64,000 nucleotides of DNA from positions 16,497 through 80,496 of the forward strand of contig JAPDJY010000006.1 in NCBI GenBank assembly GCA_029258835.1. Reading direction: 5' to 3'. Made by a program: the position numbers and the translations under genes. This DNA is from Thermoproteota archaeon. GTDB lineage: Archaea > Asgardarchaeota > Jordiarchaeia > Jordiarchaeales > Freyrarchaeaceae. Below are positions 51,338-60,789 of the stretch, in pieces. The notes beneath the pieces are model-generated. The model saw only the letters and a program-made list of their open reading frames with translations. It ran no database searches and was not told the DNA's origin. The first letter of the stretch is position 1, and every line of letters begins with the position of its first letter.

Positions 51338-54300
51338 AGGAGTGGGGCTTCGAACGGCCGGAGCGGCCCGAGAAAAGCGGAGGAAAACCACCAGAAGAGG
51401 AGTACGCCGAAAAAATGGTCAGGCTAATCACCAGGAAACCGCCCGAGGAGGAGCTTGCCAGGATGGCCGGGTTCACCCCCTCCACAGGCAGGGAGTTGCT
51501 CAACTCCAAGCCAGGCAAAACAATGGGGGCGCAGGAGGGAAAAAAATACTCAGGAGGGGGACGGGAGAAGCTCAGCCAAGGGTTTATCAAACATTGGGAG
51601 AAAGTAGGAGGAGAGGGGAAGAGATCGAGAAGAGTGGTTGAGGAAGGGTGTGTGCTGGCTTTACCTTCCGAGTTGAGAGAATTTTATCGTTTTAGTTTGA
51701 TTTCGTCTGGTGAAACTATGGGTGAGTTGCTGGAGAAGGTTAGGGGGGTTGGTGGGGTTGTTGGGGGGATTGCTAAGAGGTTGATGGAGCGGCTTACTTC
51801 ATTACTTAAGCTTGAATGGAATGAGAAAAGTGGGATTAAAGCTAGTGAGTTTTTAAAGTCATTTAATGAGGTGTTATGGGGAGGTAGTGGTAATGTTCCT
51901 GGGTTATTGAGAAGAGGCATTCCAACGCCACCTGAAATAGCTAAGGGTATTGAAAGACTTGTAGAGGAATTGGGCTCTGCGAAAAAGGTTGCTTCATTAT
52001 TTGCTAAAGTAGGTGTTAAGACGGATGAAGCTGTCGTTCTCGCTATGGCTGGCAGACTTGGTTTTGCTCTTGAGCAATGGAACAGGCTGAAAGAGAAGTT
52101 GAAAATAGAGGAAGACAAGATTAGTGTTGAATTTGTTCAACGTGAGAGGATATCGGTGAAAGTTGAAAATGTTCGTCTCGGGAAAGGCGAGATTAAGGTC
52201 GAGTTCGGGAGATCCTCTAAGGGGGAAGAAAAGGTTTACATTATTGAAGGATGGGAAAAGCTCTATGACATAATATCGGAGAGCAATTTGTCGATAATGG
52301 ATCTTGGGAGAGAAATCGGAGTAAATCATACCATTTTGTCTCGTGCCCTTAGGGTTGTAAGCGTTGAGAAGGTTGATGCGGCCGCCAAAATTTTGGGCTT
52401 AGAGTCGCCAGTGAAGATAAGCATCGATGAGTTAGCCTTACGACTTGCCGTTAAGCTTACACCCCCCATAGTTCCAATAAGGAAAGGTGTTATAACTGTT
52501 TTTAATTCACGGATTGCAGTTCGCGACTTCAGGGCTAAGCGTATCGCTACCCCAGAAGGAGTGATTAAAACAGATATACATTTAATGAAGCGATATAATT
52601 CACCGTTACTCAAAGAAGTAGCGTTGGATATAGTAAAGAAGCTGGGGGGAAAGGCGGAGAAATACCCCGTAATCTTCCGTAAAGTAGGAATATACTCACT
52701 AGGCGGCTTCATGCTTAAGATAGGAAGCATTAAGGATGAGAAAGGTTACACGAGGGAGGTAAAGGGAGGTGGTGTAGCAGGGATAGATGCTGTGGCACTA
52801 GCTGTCCTAGTAGCGGACACGTTGGGGCTTAAAAAAGCGAAGCAATTTCTCGAGTCGTTGAGACCTGGGGAAATAATCCTTAAGGATAGGTTTAGGGTGG
52901 CGGCTGAAAAGGAGCTTGAGAAGGTCGCCTATAACCCCCTCGAATTCGTCGAGGCATGTATGAAGCTTTTCGACGTTAAAGGTAACGTAAAAGAGGTGGC
53001 ACTTGGCATAGGGATGATTGAAGGGTTCGCATCCTCGGACGCATCCGTAATTGGAAGCTTCTCACATGGCAGTTTAACTAGGATTGAAGAGGCTGAGCTG
53101 TCTGTTTGGGCAATAAAAACAGTATTCGGAACAAGCGTCAGAATATCACAGCGTGGCGACGGGAGATACTACGTCGATGTTCGAATTCCAAGACTTCTTC
53201 TTGATGTAACAGGATATAAAGGGGAGAGAAAGGTTAAGAGCGGCGAAACTGTTCCGAGGAAGCTCTTTGAGAGAGTGAACAAGTGGCTAAAAAAGGGGAA
53301 GGAAATAAAGCTAAGAGAGAGTGAGAAACGCAGAGTTGACGTAGCCATACTTGAAGCTGGGGGACTAATAAGCGCAATGGTGATGGGAGATGGAAACGTT
53401 AACGTAAAAGAGTTCATAGTTAAAGTTGAACAGAGGATGGTCGTCGGTGACACTAGAGGGAAAGGAGTAGTAAGGGAGTTCGGTGAAAAATTAGAAGGTA
53501 TTCTGAGAAAGCTTACAGGAAAAGAGACGCCAGAAGAAATCATCCGAGAACTACATAGAAAGAAGATAATAGAAGAATTTGTCAGCCCTTCGGGTTATGT
53601 AGAGTGGTTGCTCAAATTTGGAAAGCTGAAGAAGATGTGTGAAGAGAGAGGATTGAAGGAGGAGTTTAGAAAGCTTACGGAAGTTATGATATGGCATCCC
53701 GGCCTCGGACGGACGAAAATAATCGCGAAGAGACTGCTCAAGGCGCTCGTAAACCGCTTCAACATAAGAAGACCAAAAATACGGGTAGAATTACAACATG
53801 GCAGATTCATCTTGAATGTGAAAAGCGACCGGATAATAGTCAAAAAAACTGCTAAGCTGATGTTTAGGGGGTGGAGCGCCGCACTGCTTCTCTTACCATT
53901 CCTCAAAGGTTCTAAAGGGTTTGAGCTTGCAAAGGCGGTGATGCATAGAATAGCGGGACACGTGATAGAGTTGAGTCCAAAGGAATCCAAGTTACTCGTC
54001 AGTTGGGTACAAGATAATCATAAAAAACTCGAAAGAGAGGGAAGACTAAACAGTGTTAAAGGAATACTTTATGTTCACCTTCCACCAACCATGATGAGAG
54101 ATGTTGAATTACGGATTCCAGAATGGGAGAACAATGAGATAAAGGAAGAGGTAAAAAGCAGTGTGAGAGAGTTTATGAGCGGAAAAAAGTTTAAAGATAG
54201 GGAAACTGTAGAAGACCTGCTGGAAAGGGCTGAAATCAACCTTGAAAAGCTGGAACCCTTACCTCACACGGTAGAAGTTTACAACTGGAGAAGTGATGGT

Positions 54301-54408
54301 AAGATTAGTGGGAGTGAGTGGTGTCGAGTCTACTATGCTCCAGATCCAAGACCGCTTTACAACGGAATGAGAAAACTAGAAAAGGACTTCCTAGAGGACA
54401 GAATATGA
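51334..54408 (+). CDS. Large basic protein with HTH-like segment and two LAGLIDADG-like motifs
   Basis: 1024 aa, K/E/R-rich; SIMDLGREIGVNHTILSRAL (HTH-like); MIEGFASSDASV and LISAMVMGDGNV. Confidence 0.6.
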   Translation: MKEWGFERPERPEKSGGKPPEEEYAEKMVRLITRKPPEEELARMAGFTPSTGRELLNSKPGKTMGAQEGKKYSGGGREKLSQGFIKHWEKVGGEGKRSRRVVEEGCVLALPSELREFYRFSLISSGETMGELLEKVRGVGGVVGGIAKRLMERLTSLLKLEWNEKSGIKASEFLKSFNEVLWGGSGNVPGLLRRGIPTPPEIAKGIERLVEELGSAKKVASLFAKVGVKTDEAVVLAMAGRLGFALEQWNRLKEKLKIEEDKISVEFVQRERISVKVENVRLGKGEIKVEFGRSSKGEEKVYIIEGWEKLYDIISESNLSIMDLGREIGVNHTILSRALRVVSVEKVDAAAKILGLESPVKISIDELALRLAVKLTPPIVPIRKGVITVFNSRIAVRDFRAKRIATPEGVIKTDIHLMKRYNSPLLKEVALDIVKKLGGKAEKYPVIFRKVGIYSLGGFMLKIGSIKDEKGYTREVKGGGVAGIDAVALAVLVADTLGLKKAKQFLESLRPGEIILKDRFRVAAEKELEKVAYNPLEFVEACMKLFDVKGNVKEVALGIGMIEGFASSDASVIGSFSHGSLTRIEEAELSVWAIKTVFGTSVRISQRGDGRYYVDVRIPRLLLDVTGYKGERKVKSGETVPRKLFERVNKWLKKGKEIKLRESEKRRVDVAILEAGGLISAMVMGDGNVNVKEFIVKVEQRMVVGDTRGKGVVREFGEKLEGILRKLTGKETPEEIIRELHRKKIIEEFVSPSGYVEWLLKFGKLKKMCEERGLKEEFRKLTEVMIWHPGLGRTKIIAKRLLKALVNRFNIRRPKIRVELQHGRFILNVKSDRIIVKKTAKLMFRGWSAALLLLPFLKGSKGFELAKAVMHRIAGHVIELSPKESKLLVSWVQDNHKKLEREGRLNSVKGILYVHLPPTMMRDVELRIPEWENNEIKEEVKSSVREFMSGKKFKDRETVEDLLERAEINLEKLEPLPHTVEVYNWRSDGKISGSEWCRVYYAPDPRPLYNGMRKLEKDFLEDRI

Positions 54409-55292
54409 CAGAGGAATTTAAAAAGCTCAAAGAAATTGTTAAGGCTCTTGACTTTAGTAGATTGCTTAACGTTGAGGAGGAGCGAGTGTTCGAGAGAGCG
54501 AAAGACCTCGTATCACAACTAGACCTTGAAAAGCTGAGAACTAGGGATGGAGTAGAGAAAGAAAAGTTTGAAGCAGTTCTCAAGCTATCGAGGGTGTTTG
54601 CTGAAAAGATACTGGAGTGGCTTGGAAGGCAGCCGCCAGACTCAAACAAGCCCATAATGGGCATGGAGCTGAAGGAATACTGGAAAGTAGAAAACAGCCT
54701 GTGGCGTAAGGCGGAGGAAGAGTGGCGTGCCTATGCCTACGCTGCACGCTACCTGAGCATTTTCGGAGAACTCGCAAACAAGCTGATAGTCAGGAAACTT
54801 TACGACGAGGCATTGAGGATTGCCCTCACCATACCGTGGTTTCACCCCCCGGAGCTAGTAGCAAACATAGAGCTCCTCAGTGAGGAAGACCTAAGTCGAA
54901 CTGCTAAGGAAGCAGAAGAACGTTTTAATGCGTATAGTGAGGTCGCTCTGACCTCTGGTGTGGAGTGGACAGAGGAAGTAGAAGAAGAAATCAGAGAGCT
55001 GGCTATAAAGAAGAGAGACGTAATGCTGGATGAAATGATAAGCTACTTAGAGAGCTCCCTGAAGGAGAGTATGTCGAGAAGGGGGGTTCTCGGGCTGCTT
55101 GCAGCATGCGCCAAAGACGATGATGAAGCCCTAAAAGCTATACTAAACCATCTAGACGAACTGAGTAAGTGGGACAAAGCCATAGTAGCAAGCAAGCTTA
55201 GATATAGGCATAAGGAAATTGCAAAGAGAATATATTCAAACTTAAGGGAGGCAGGAGAAACGTACCGCATGCTGGAGGAGGTCTGGTGCTGA
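54405..55292 (+). CDS. Acidic all-helical hypothetical protein coupled to the upstream gene
   Basis: ATGA overlap with the 54408 stop (MTEEFKK...); E-rich helical repeats. Confidence 0.65.
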   Translation: MTEEFKKLKEIVKALDFSRLLNVEEERVFERAKDLVSQLDLEKLRTRDGVEKEKFEAVLKLSRVFAEKILEWLGRQPPDSNKPIMGMELKEYWKVENSLWRKAEEEWRAYAYAARYLSIFGELANKLIVRKLYDEALRIALTIPWFHPPELVANIELLSEEDLSRTAKEAEERFNAYSEVALTSGVEWTEEVEEEIRELAIKKRDVMLDEMISYLESSLKESMSRRGVLGLLAACAKDDDEALKAILNHLDELSKWDKAIVASKLRYRHKEIAKRIYSNLREAGETYRMLEEVWC

Positions 55293-55359
55293 TCCAGAAA
55301 AACGTTTTTATATCCCCGCCTTCTAAGTGGGGATGAAACGTCCAGTTTAAGTTAAAAGG

Positions 55360-55953
55360 GTGGTAAAGATGTCCTCTAGTAGGCTGATTAAGGAATTTGA
55401 CACAGATTTCACCCGGGAAGTAATAGATTTCGGATCTAAGTTTTTCCCTGAAGTAGAAAATTTTAGGGCATGTATCCAGTGCGGGACGTGTACTGGTAGC
55501 TGTCCTAGTGGCCGCGAAACCGCGTGGCGCGTGAGGAAGCTAATAAGACAGGTTCAGCTGGGTCTTAAGGAGGACGCAATAAGAAACGATGCCTTATGGA
55601 ACTGCACTACATGCTACACTTGCAGCGAATCCGCTTTGCATGTAGCAAGCGGTCGCTAAAGGTGTCCCCGCCTAATCCCTATCACCGACATAGTCCGTAG
55701 TGTAAGGAACATCGCCGTCTATAATGGTATTATGCTGCCAAGACACGTTCAAGTGGCCGGCTTACTTATTAAGTACGGCCACGCCGTCCCAATTAACGAT
55801 GAAACTAGGGAGGTAAGGAAGGAGCTTGGACTAGACGAGACGCCTCCCACAGTTCATGCCTTCCCCGACGCCTTAGGGGAGGTTAAGAAGCTACTGGAGG
55901 ACACGGGTTTCATCAGGCTAATAGAAGAGGCTGGAAGGGAGGGTTCTAAGTGA
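55360..55953 (+). CDS. hdrC: Heterodisulfide reductase subunit C, interrupted by a 30-nt intron (55630-55659)
   Basis: CIQCGTCTGSCP; spliced second motif CTTCYTCSE|RCPR; GHAVP and PPTVH C-terminal motifs; coupled to hdrB. Confidence 0.92.
55630..55659 (+). other. BHB-type intron in a protein-coding gene
   Basis: TCCGCTTTGCATGTAGCAAGCGGTCGCTAA; central helix AGCG/CGCT, bulges AA^T and AA^A, inner stem CCGCTT/AAGCGG; excision restores frame and Fe-S motif. Confidence 0.85.
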
Positions 55954-56840
55954 GTAGGTATGCTTACTTTCTAGGATGTTTAACTCCCAACAGGTATCCT
56001 GGAATTGAGACCGCAACTATCGACCTTTTAAGGCTTTTTGACATAGAAGTTGACTACATGAAGGGTACCTCCTGCTGCCCTGCTCCAGGAGTTTTCGGCT
56101 CTTTCGACCTTAACACGTGGATCGTCATAGCCGCTAGGAACATCACTATAGCCGAGGATATGGGTGCAGACATAACGTTAACCTGCAACGGGTGCTATGC
56201 TACGTTGCAGGAGGCAGACCACATGCTTAAACACAATAGGGAGCTTGTGATAGACGTCAACCGGCGTCTTGCAAAGGTAGGAAGAGAGTACAAGGGGACG
56301 GTTAACGTGATACACATCATGGAGATACTTTACAAGGAAATTGGACCGGAGAAAATAAGGGACATGGTTGTTCAGCCGCTTGAGGGAGTTAAAGTAGCAT
56401 GCCACTATGGCTGCCACTTCCTGAAGCCTAGCGATATAAGACAGCAAGGCAACCCTGAAAACCCGACGATGATGGAAGAACTCATTGAGGCCATAGGCGC
56501 TGAGCCGGTGGAGTACCGGGACAAGAACATGTGTTGTGGTGCGGGGGGAGGTGTAAGAGCCGGAAAAATAGACTTAGCATTAGACATGACCCGTAGAAAG
56601 ATAGACGCGATGATGGAGGCTGGAGCCGACTGCGTCGTTACACCGTGCGTATTCTGCCACTTCCAATTCGACGTCGGCCAGGCCGAAATTAACAATAGGC
56701 TTGGAGCCGAGAAATATAAGCTACCAGTAGTGTTCATCACACAGCTCATTGGGCTGGCCCTGGGAATGTCCCCGAGGAGAATGGGTCTTCACAGAAACCG
56801 CACACAGGTGAAAACCCTCTTGGACAAGGTCTTCGCCTAA
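55950..56840 (+). CDS. hdrB: Heterodisulfide reductase subunit B
   Basis: FLGC, SCCPAPG, CNGC, HYGCH, CCGAGGG, CVFC..QFD. Confidence 0.96.
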   Translation: MSRYAYFLGCLTPNRYPGIETATIDLLRLFDIEVDYMKGTSCCPAPGVFGSFDLNTWIVIAARNITIAEDMGADITLTCNGCYATLQEADHMLKHNRELVIDVNRRLAKVGREYKGTVNVIHIMEILYKEIGPEKIRDMVVQPLEGVKVACHYGCHFLKPSDIRQQGNPENPTMMEELIEAIGAEPVEYRDKNMCCGAGGGVRAGKIDLALDMTRRKIDAMMEAGADCVVTPCVFCHFQFDVGQAEINNRLGAEKYKLPVVFITQLIGLALGMSPRRMGLHRNRTQVKTLLDKVFA

Positions 56841-57009
56841 ACACGGTCCACTTCAAACATTACCCTTCCCTTTTTTAACACTTCTAAACCTTTTTGGCTT
56901 GCTTGGATGACGCTTCCTCTAGGTGGCACTCCTCGATGGGTAACGCTTTTAAAGATTCCATATGGATTGGTACTTACGGTTGTTCTTATAGGGCTCTGGA
57001 GGTAGCACT

Positions 57010-57402
57010 TTGGGCAAAATTAGACCTAGATACATTAAAAGAATCGCTAGGAAGTTGCTGGCGGAATACGGACACCTAATAACAGATGATTTCGAGGAAA
57101 ATAAGAGAATCCTAAACATGATCGCTGAGATAAGGTCTAAGAGGGTGCGTAACAGGGTTGCAGGATACCTCGTCCGACTAGTAAAACTCGGCAGAGAAGA
57201 ATATGCCACCCCCACAGCCGAGGAACGAGCCATGGAAATGGAATACGAGACGGAAATAAAAAGGTATGAGGAGGAAAAGCAGGCAGAATCCGGGTCTAAA
57301 GCAAGCATGGAGGCAAGCGGGGAAGGAGAGAAGGCATCCGGAAAGGAGTCTGGTGAAGCAGAAGTTAAACCTCAAGAGGAAGAATCGGGAAAAGATGAGT
57401 GA
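57010..57402 (+). CDS. rps17e: 30S ribosomal protein S17e with acidic C-terminal tail
   Basis: MGKIRP..IKR.A..L, DFEENK, SKRVRNRVAGY. Confidence 0.95.
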   Translation: MGKIRPRYIKRIARKLLAEYGHLITDDFEENKRILNMIAEIRSKRVRNRVAGYLVRLVKLGREEYATPTAEERAMEMEYETEIKRYEEEKQAESGSKASMEASGEGEKASGKESGEAEVKPQEEESGKDE

Positions 57403-57417
57403 AGAAAGGACTTTTAC

Positions 57418-58344
57418 CTATATGTCCACTTGTATGTTAAGTTTTTTGATGAGCTCCTTGTACCTGTTTCTTATGGTTACCTCTGTTACATGAGCTACCT
57501 CGGCTATCTCCCTCTGAGCTCTTCTCTCTCCCGTAAGTATCCCGGCAATGTATAATGCTGCGGCGGCAAGGCCGGTCGGATCCTTCCCGCCTGTTATACC
57601 CATTTCCTTCGCCTTATTGAGTATCTCTGCAGCCTTAGTCCTAGCTTTAGCTGACAGCCTAAGCTCGGATGCAAACCTGGGTATGAAGTCTATCGCATTA
57701 GGCCTAGGCGACTTGAGCTCCAACCCTCTCAGGATCAACCTTACACAGTGAGCTAACTCCTTCCTGTTAACACGTGCTATGTGCTCTATCTCGTCAAGCG
57801 GCCTGGGGATCCTATGCTCCCTACAGGCAAGGTAAACTGAAGCTGCAACCATCGACTCGATGGAGCGCCCTCTAACCAGCCCGCTCTCCAGAGCGCGCCT
57901 ATATATAAACGCTGCAGTCTCCCTTATCTCCTTGGGAACCCCTATCTGGCTTGCAATCCTGTTAAGCTCGGGCATAGCCTGAGCAAGGTTCCTGTCAGCC
58001 GAGGAATGAACCCTAGTCCTAACCTGCCACTTCCTAATCCTGTAAATCTGAGCCCTCCGCCTAGGGGATATCTTCCTCCCGTAAGCGTCACGGTCACTTC
58101 TACTTATCGTCGTACTTAACCCTCTATCAGGCATCCTAAGGGTTAAAGGCGAGCCAACCCTACTCCTGTCCTTCTTCTCCTCAGCGGTGAAAGCCCTCCA
58201 CTCTGGTCCACTGTCAATCATTAAGTCATCAATCACCAGCCCGCACTCGCTGCAAGTCGTTTCGCCTCTAACGTAATCCTTAATTATGCTTGTACTGCCA
58301 CAGTTCGGGCATCTCACCTTGTGTTCTCTCTCCACTTCAGACAT
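57418..58344 (-). CDS. tfb: Transcription initiation factor IIB
   Basis: Zn ribbon CPNC...CSECG, GPEWRAF, GRSIE, GKDP.G.AAA, VTEVTIRNRYKE. Confidence 0.96.
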   Translation of the reverse strand: MSEVEREHKVRCPNCGSTSIIKDYVRGETTCSECGLVIDDLMIDSGPEWRAFTAEEKKDRSRVGSPLTLRMPDRGLSTTISRSDRDAYGRKISPRRRAQIYRIRKWQVRTRVHSSADRNLAQAMPELNRIASQIGVPKEIRETAAFIYRRALESGLVRGRSIESMVAASVYLACREHRIPRPLDEIEHIARVNRKELAHCVRLILRGLELKSPRPNAIDFIPRFASELRLSAKARTKAAEILNKAKEMGITGGKDPTGLAAAALYIAGILTGERRAQREIAEVAHVTEVTIRNRYKELIKKLNIQVDI

Positions 58345-58535
58345 TTTTAAACACCTCCTGAAGAGGTGGTGGGAGATGAAGATTACATGAACCTTCATCC
58401 TAATAGAAGGAGTCAGCGCTGCTGATTGACGGGTTTTTAAATCTTTTGGTTTCTGAATAGAAATTAGCACTATAAACTATCTCCATCTCCCAGCCATTAA
58501 AATAATGGATTTCCCCATATATAAACCTTTCGCCC

Positions 58536-58940
58536 TCAGCTCACCGTTGAAATATCTACTGAAAGCACACCTTCTATTTCTTCTATTTCTTTTTTAAATG
58601 TTTCTATGTTCGAGCTTAAGTGTAATTTATCTATGTAGCCTTCATAAAAGCATATCTTTCCCTTCCTGCAAAGCCCTGTCGTGTAGAGGAAATCTATCTT
58701 GTTCCTAACAATAACAGTCCCCAGCTCCTTTAGGAACTTCTGGCTTAACTTATTAATTTTTATGGAGACTTTTACTACTTCCGTACCGTCTGTGGGTATT
58801 AAGCGTGCCTCATTGTTTGCCTTTGAAAGCACAAAAACGGCGTTCTTCTTTCCTAAAATCTCAACGAACTTCTCAGGTAATCTTATGGGCCTATTAGGAT
58901 CCACGACGACCATTTTAGCAAGGGTTAACTCCTCCGACAT
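58536..58940 (-). CDS. Small AbrB-like/ACT-like regulatory protein
   Basis: N-terminal VD.N..I.LP pattern; C-terminal ACT-like beta-alpha pattern. Confidence 0.45.
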   Translation of the reverse strand: MSEELTLAKMVVVDPNRPIRLPEKFVEILGKKNAVFVLSKANNEARLIPTDGTEVVKVSIKINKLSQKFLKELGTVIVRNKIDFLYTTGLCRKGKICFYEGYIDKLHLSSNIETFKKEIEEIEGVLSVDISTVS

Positions 58941-59067
58941 GTTAACCTCCTTCTGGCAATTAATTGGATCTTAAAAGGTAGTAGAGATTTTTCCTTCATT
59001 AAAAGTTTTTGCAGAGTCCTTCCGTGCTTCCCCTTCCTTTTAATCCTTTAAAAAAAGATGAAGTAGA

Positions 59068-59415
59068 CTATTCCATTTCATCTCTGACTATTTCTATTAC
59101 TGTCCTAAACTTTACGGCATCCGGCAGTGCACCGGTAATCTTAAGGTCTCCACTCATATAGGCTGATGTCGCATCTATCTCTCCCGTAAGAATCCCTAAG
59201 ATAGTATCTTTATTTGTTTCAAACGTTAAGTCAGGGTTATCATGGGTTCCCTCGTGAACCGTGAGCTTACCATCCTTAACTTCAATGTAAAATGGCGTCC
59301 CTCCCTCAACATTGAACTGAAGAACCCTATCCCATCCCTCGATCTCAGCAGCAACATCCTCGCTTTTAGCTGCAACCTCCTCTATCTTCTTGAGGGCATC
59401 CATAATTTCAGACAT
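59068..59415 (-). CDS. SCP2 sterol-binding-domain protein
   Basis: QFNV, PDLT, G..DA..AYMSGDLKITG signature. Confidence 0.88.
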   Translation of the reverse strand: MSEIMDALKKIEEVAAKSEDVAAEIEGWDRVLQFNVEGGTPFYIEVKDGKLTVHEGTHDNPDLTFETNKDTILGILTGEIDATSAYMSGDLKITGALPDAVKFRTVIEIVRDEME

Positions 59416-59773
59416 ACGTCTCCTCCTCCAAGAAGTTAGTGTGATAAGACTCAAAAAGAAAAATTATATAAACATTTCTCTAAGAAATGGGTGCCCAGTG
59501 AATAAAAAATTTTCTTCATTGCTGAAACGGAAACCCTTGTTTTAGCTGACTCATCCTTTCTCAGGTTTAAAATTTTCGATTCCAATACTATCCTTTTGCA
59601 TCGCCATGTTAAATTTTCTATCTTTCAAAACATTTTCATTACATTTTTCTGACTATTAACTTGAGGATTTTCAAGAATGGCAGACTTAAATTGCTAAATT
59701 ATTTAAAGGGAAAAGGTAAAACTAAATATGTGGTTTCACTCAATAAATTTAAAGCTGGAAGTAAAATGAAAGT

Positions 59774-60727
59774 TTGGGATGCCTCATGAGCATCGTGGTT
59801 TATGATGTTCAACCTGATGGAGAATTAACGGAACTACCAGGTCTTAGCAAGGATTTACTCACCAACGACAGAGTCCTAATAGTTGTGGCTGAAAGACAAA
59901 AGAAAATATATCTCTGGAAAGGGAAAAACTCCTCGGTGAGGAAGAAATTTGTTGGTGCACGGAAGGCATCAGCTCTAAGAGGGGAATGGGGCCTCGTTTT
60001 TAAAGTAATCGCAATGGACGAGGGAGACGAAGACGAAGAATTCCTAAGCTTGATTGGCATGGAAGCTAAGCCTCCGACACCACGCCCAGCACCCAAGCCA
60101 GCTGTTAAAAAACCTATTGTTGAAAAGCAAGCCGCTCCTCCCGCCAACCAAACCAGAGTAGCCATGGCGAAGCCCACCCAGCCGATACCCCAACCAGCGG
60201 CACAACCCTCACCCCCTGTTAAGTCTGCCGCTCAACCTGTAGTCCAGGCAACGTATGGAAGCAGCGGCCACACCCTTGTACCTGCTCAAGGAGAGGTTGC
60301 CACCATGAAACCCGGTGAGGGGGCCGCTATCAGCACCGCGTCTCCTAGTATAGGTGTTACTGGCGGCTTCACAGGAATCAATGAAAACGAGGTTATCTCC
60401 AAACTTAATGAAATTAGGATCCCAAAGGGTTACGTTAGAGAGATCGTTGTGATAGGGCCTTCTATATTCGCCGTTAAGGAGAGTAGGACTAGCATTTTTG
60501 GAAAGGAAAAAGTGGAGCGAAAACTTGAGAAGGTTAAGCCTCCTGAAGGCGTATTCCTAGTAGAAAACTTCATTCCAAGAGTTATAGCGGAAAACGGAAA
60601 AATCCTTGCAATAGAGTTTTTAAGGGAGAAAAGCGACCTAAATGAAACCATGGAACCATTAAAAAGCGAAATGGTAAAACATCTTGAAGATATAATATCT
60701 ATGTTTAGAAAGGAAAAAGAAAAGTAG
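59774..60727 (+). CDS. Gelsolin-like-domain protein with Pro/Ala-rich linker
   Basis: VLIV....KIYLWKGKNSS.RKKF.GAR.A...DEGDE..EF. Confidence 0.75.
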   Translation: MGCLMSIVVYDVQPDGELTELPGLSKDLLTNDRVLIVVAERQKKIYLWKGKNSSVRKKFVGARKASALRGEWGLVFKVIAMDEGDEDEEFLSLIGMEAKPPTPRPAPKPAVKKPIVEKQAAPPANQTRVAMAKPTQPIPQPAAQPSPPVKSAAQPVVQATYGSSGHTLVPAQGEVATMKPGEGAAISTASPSIGVTGGFTGINENEVISKLNEIRIPKGYVREIVVIGPSIFAVKESRTSIFGKEKVERKLEKVKPPEGVFLVENFIPRVIAENGKILAIEFLREKSDLNETMEPLKSEMVKHLEDIISMFRKEKEK

Positions 60728-60789
60728 ACTCCACCTCAAAGTAGCAGCTGGTTAAATCCATTTTTAACATTAATTTTTTTATATTAAAC

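Noticed and set aside
51334-54408. Intein-containing host protein
   Set aside because: No recognisable intein N-terminal block or HN-C/S/T terminus around the LAGLIDADG-like motifs.
55360-55953. hdrC as a pseudogene or two separate ORFs
   Set aside because: Both halves are in the same frame, undegraded, and separated by a precise BHB-flanked 30-nt insert; an intron explains this better.
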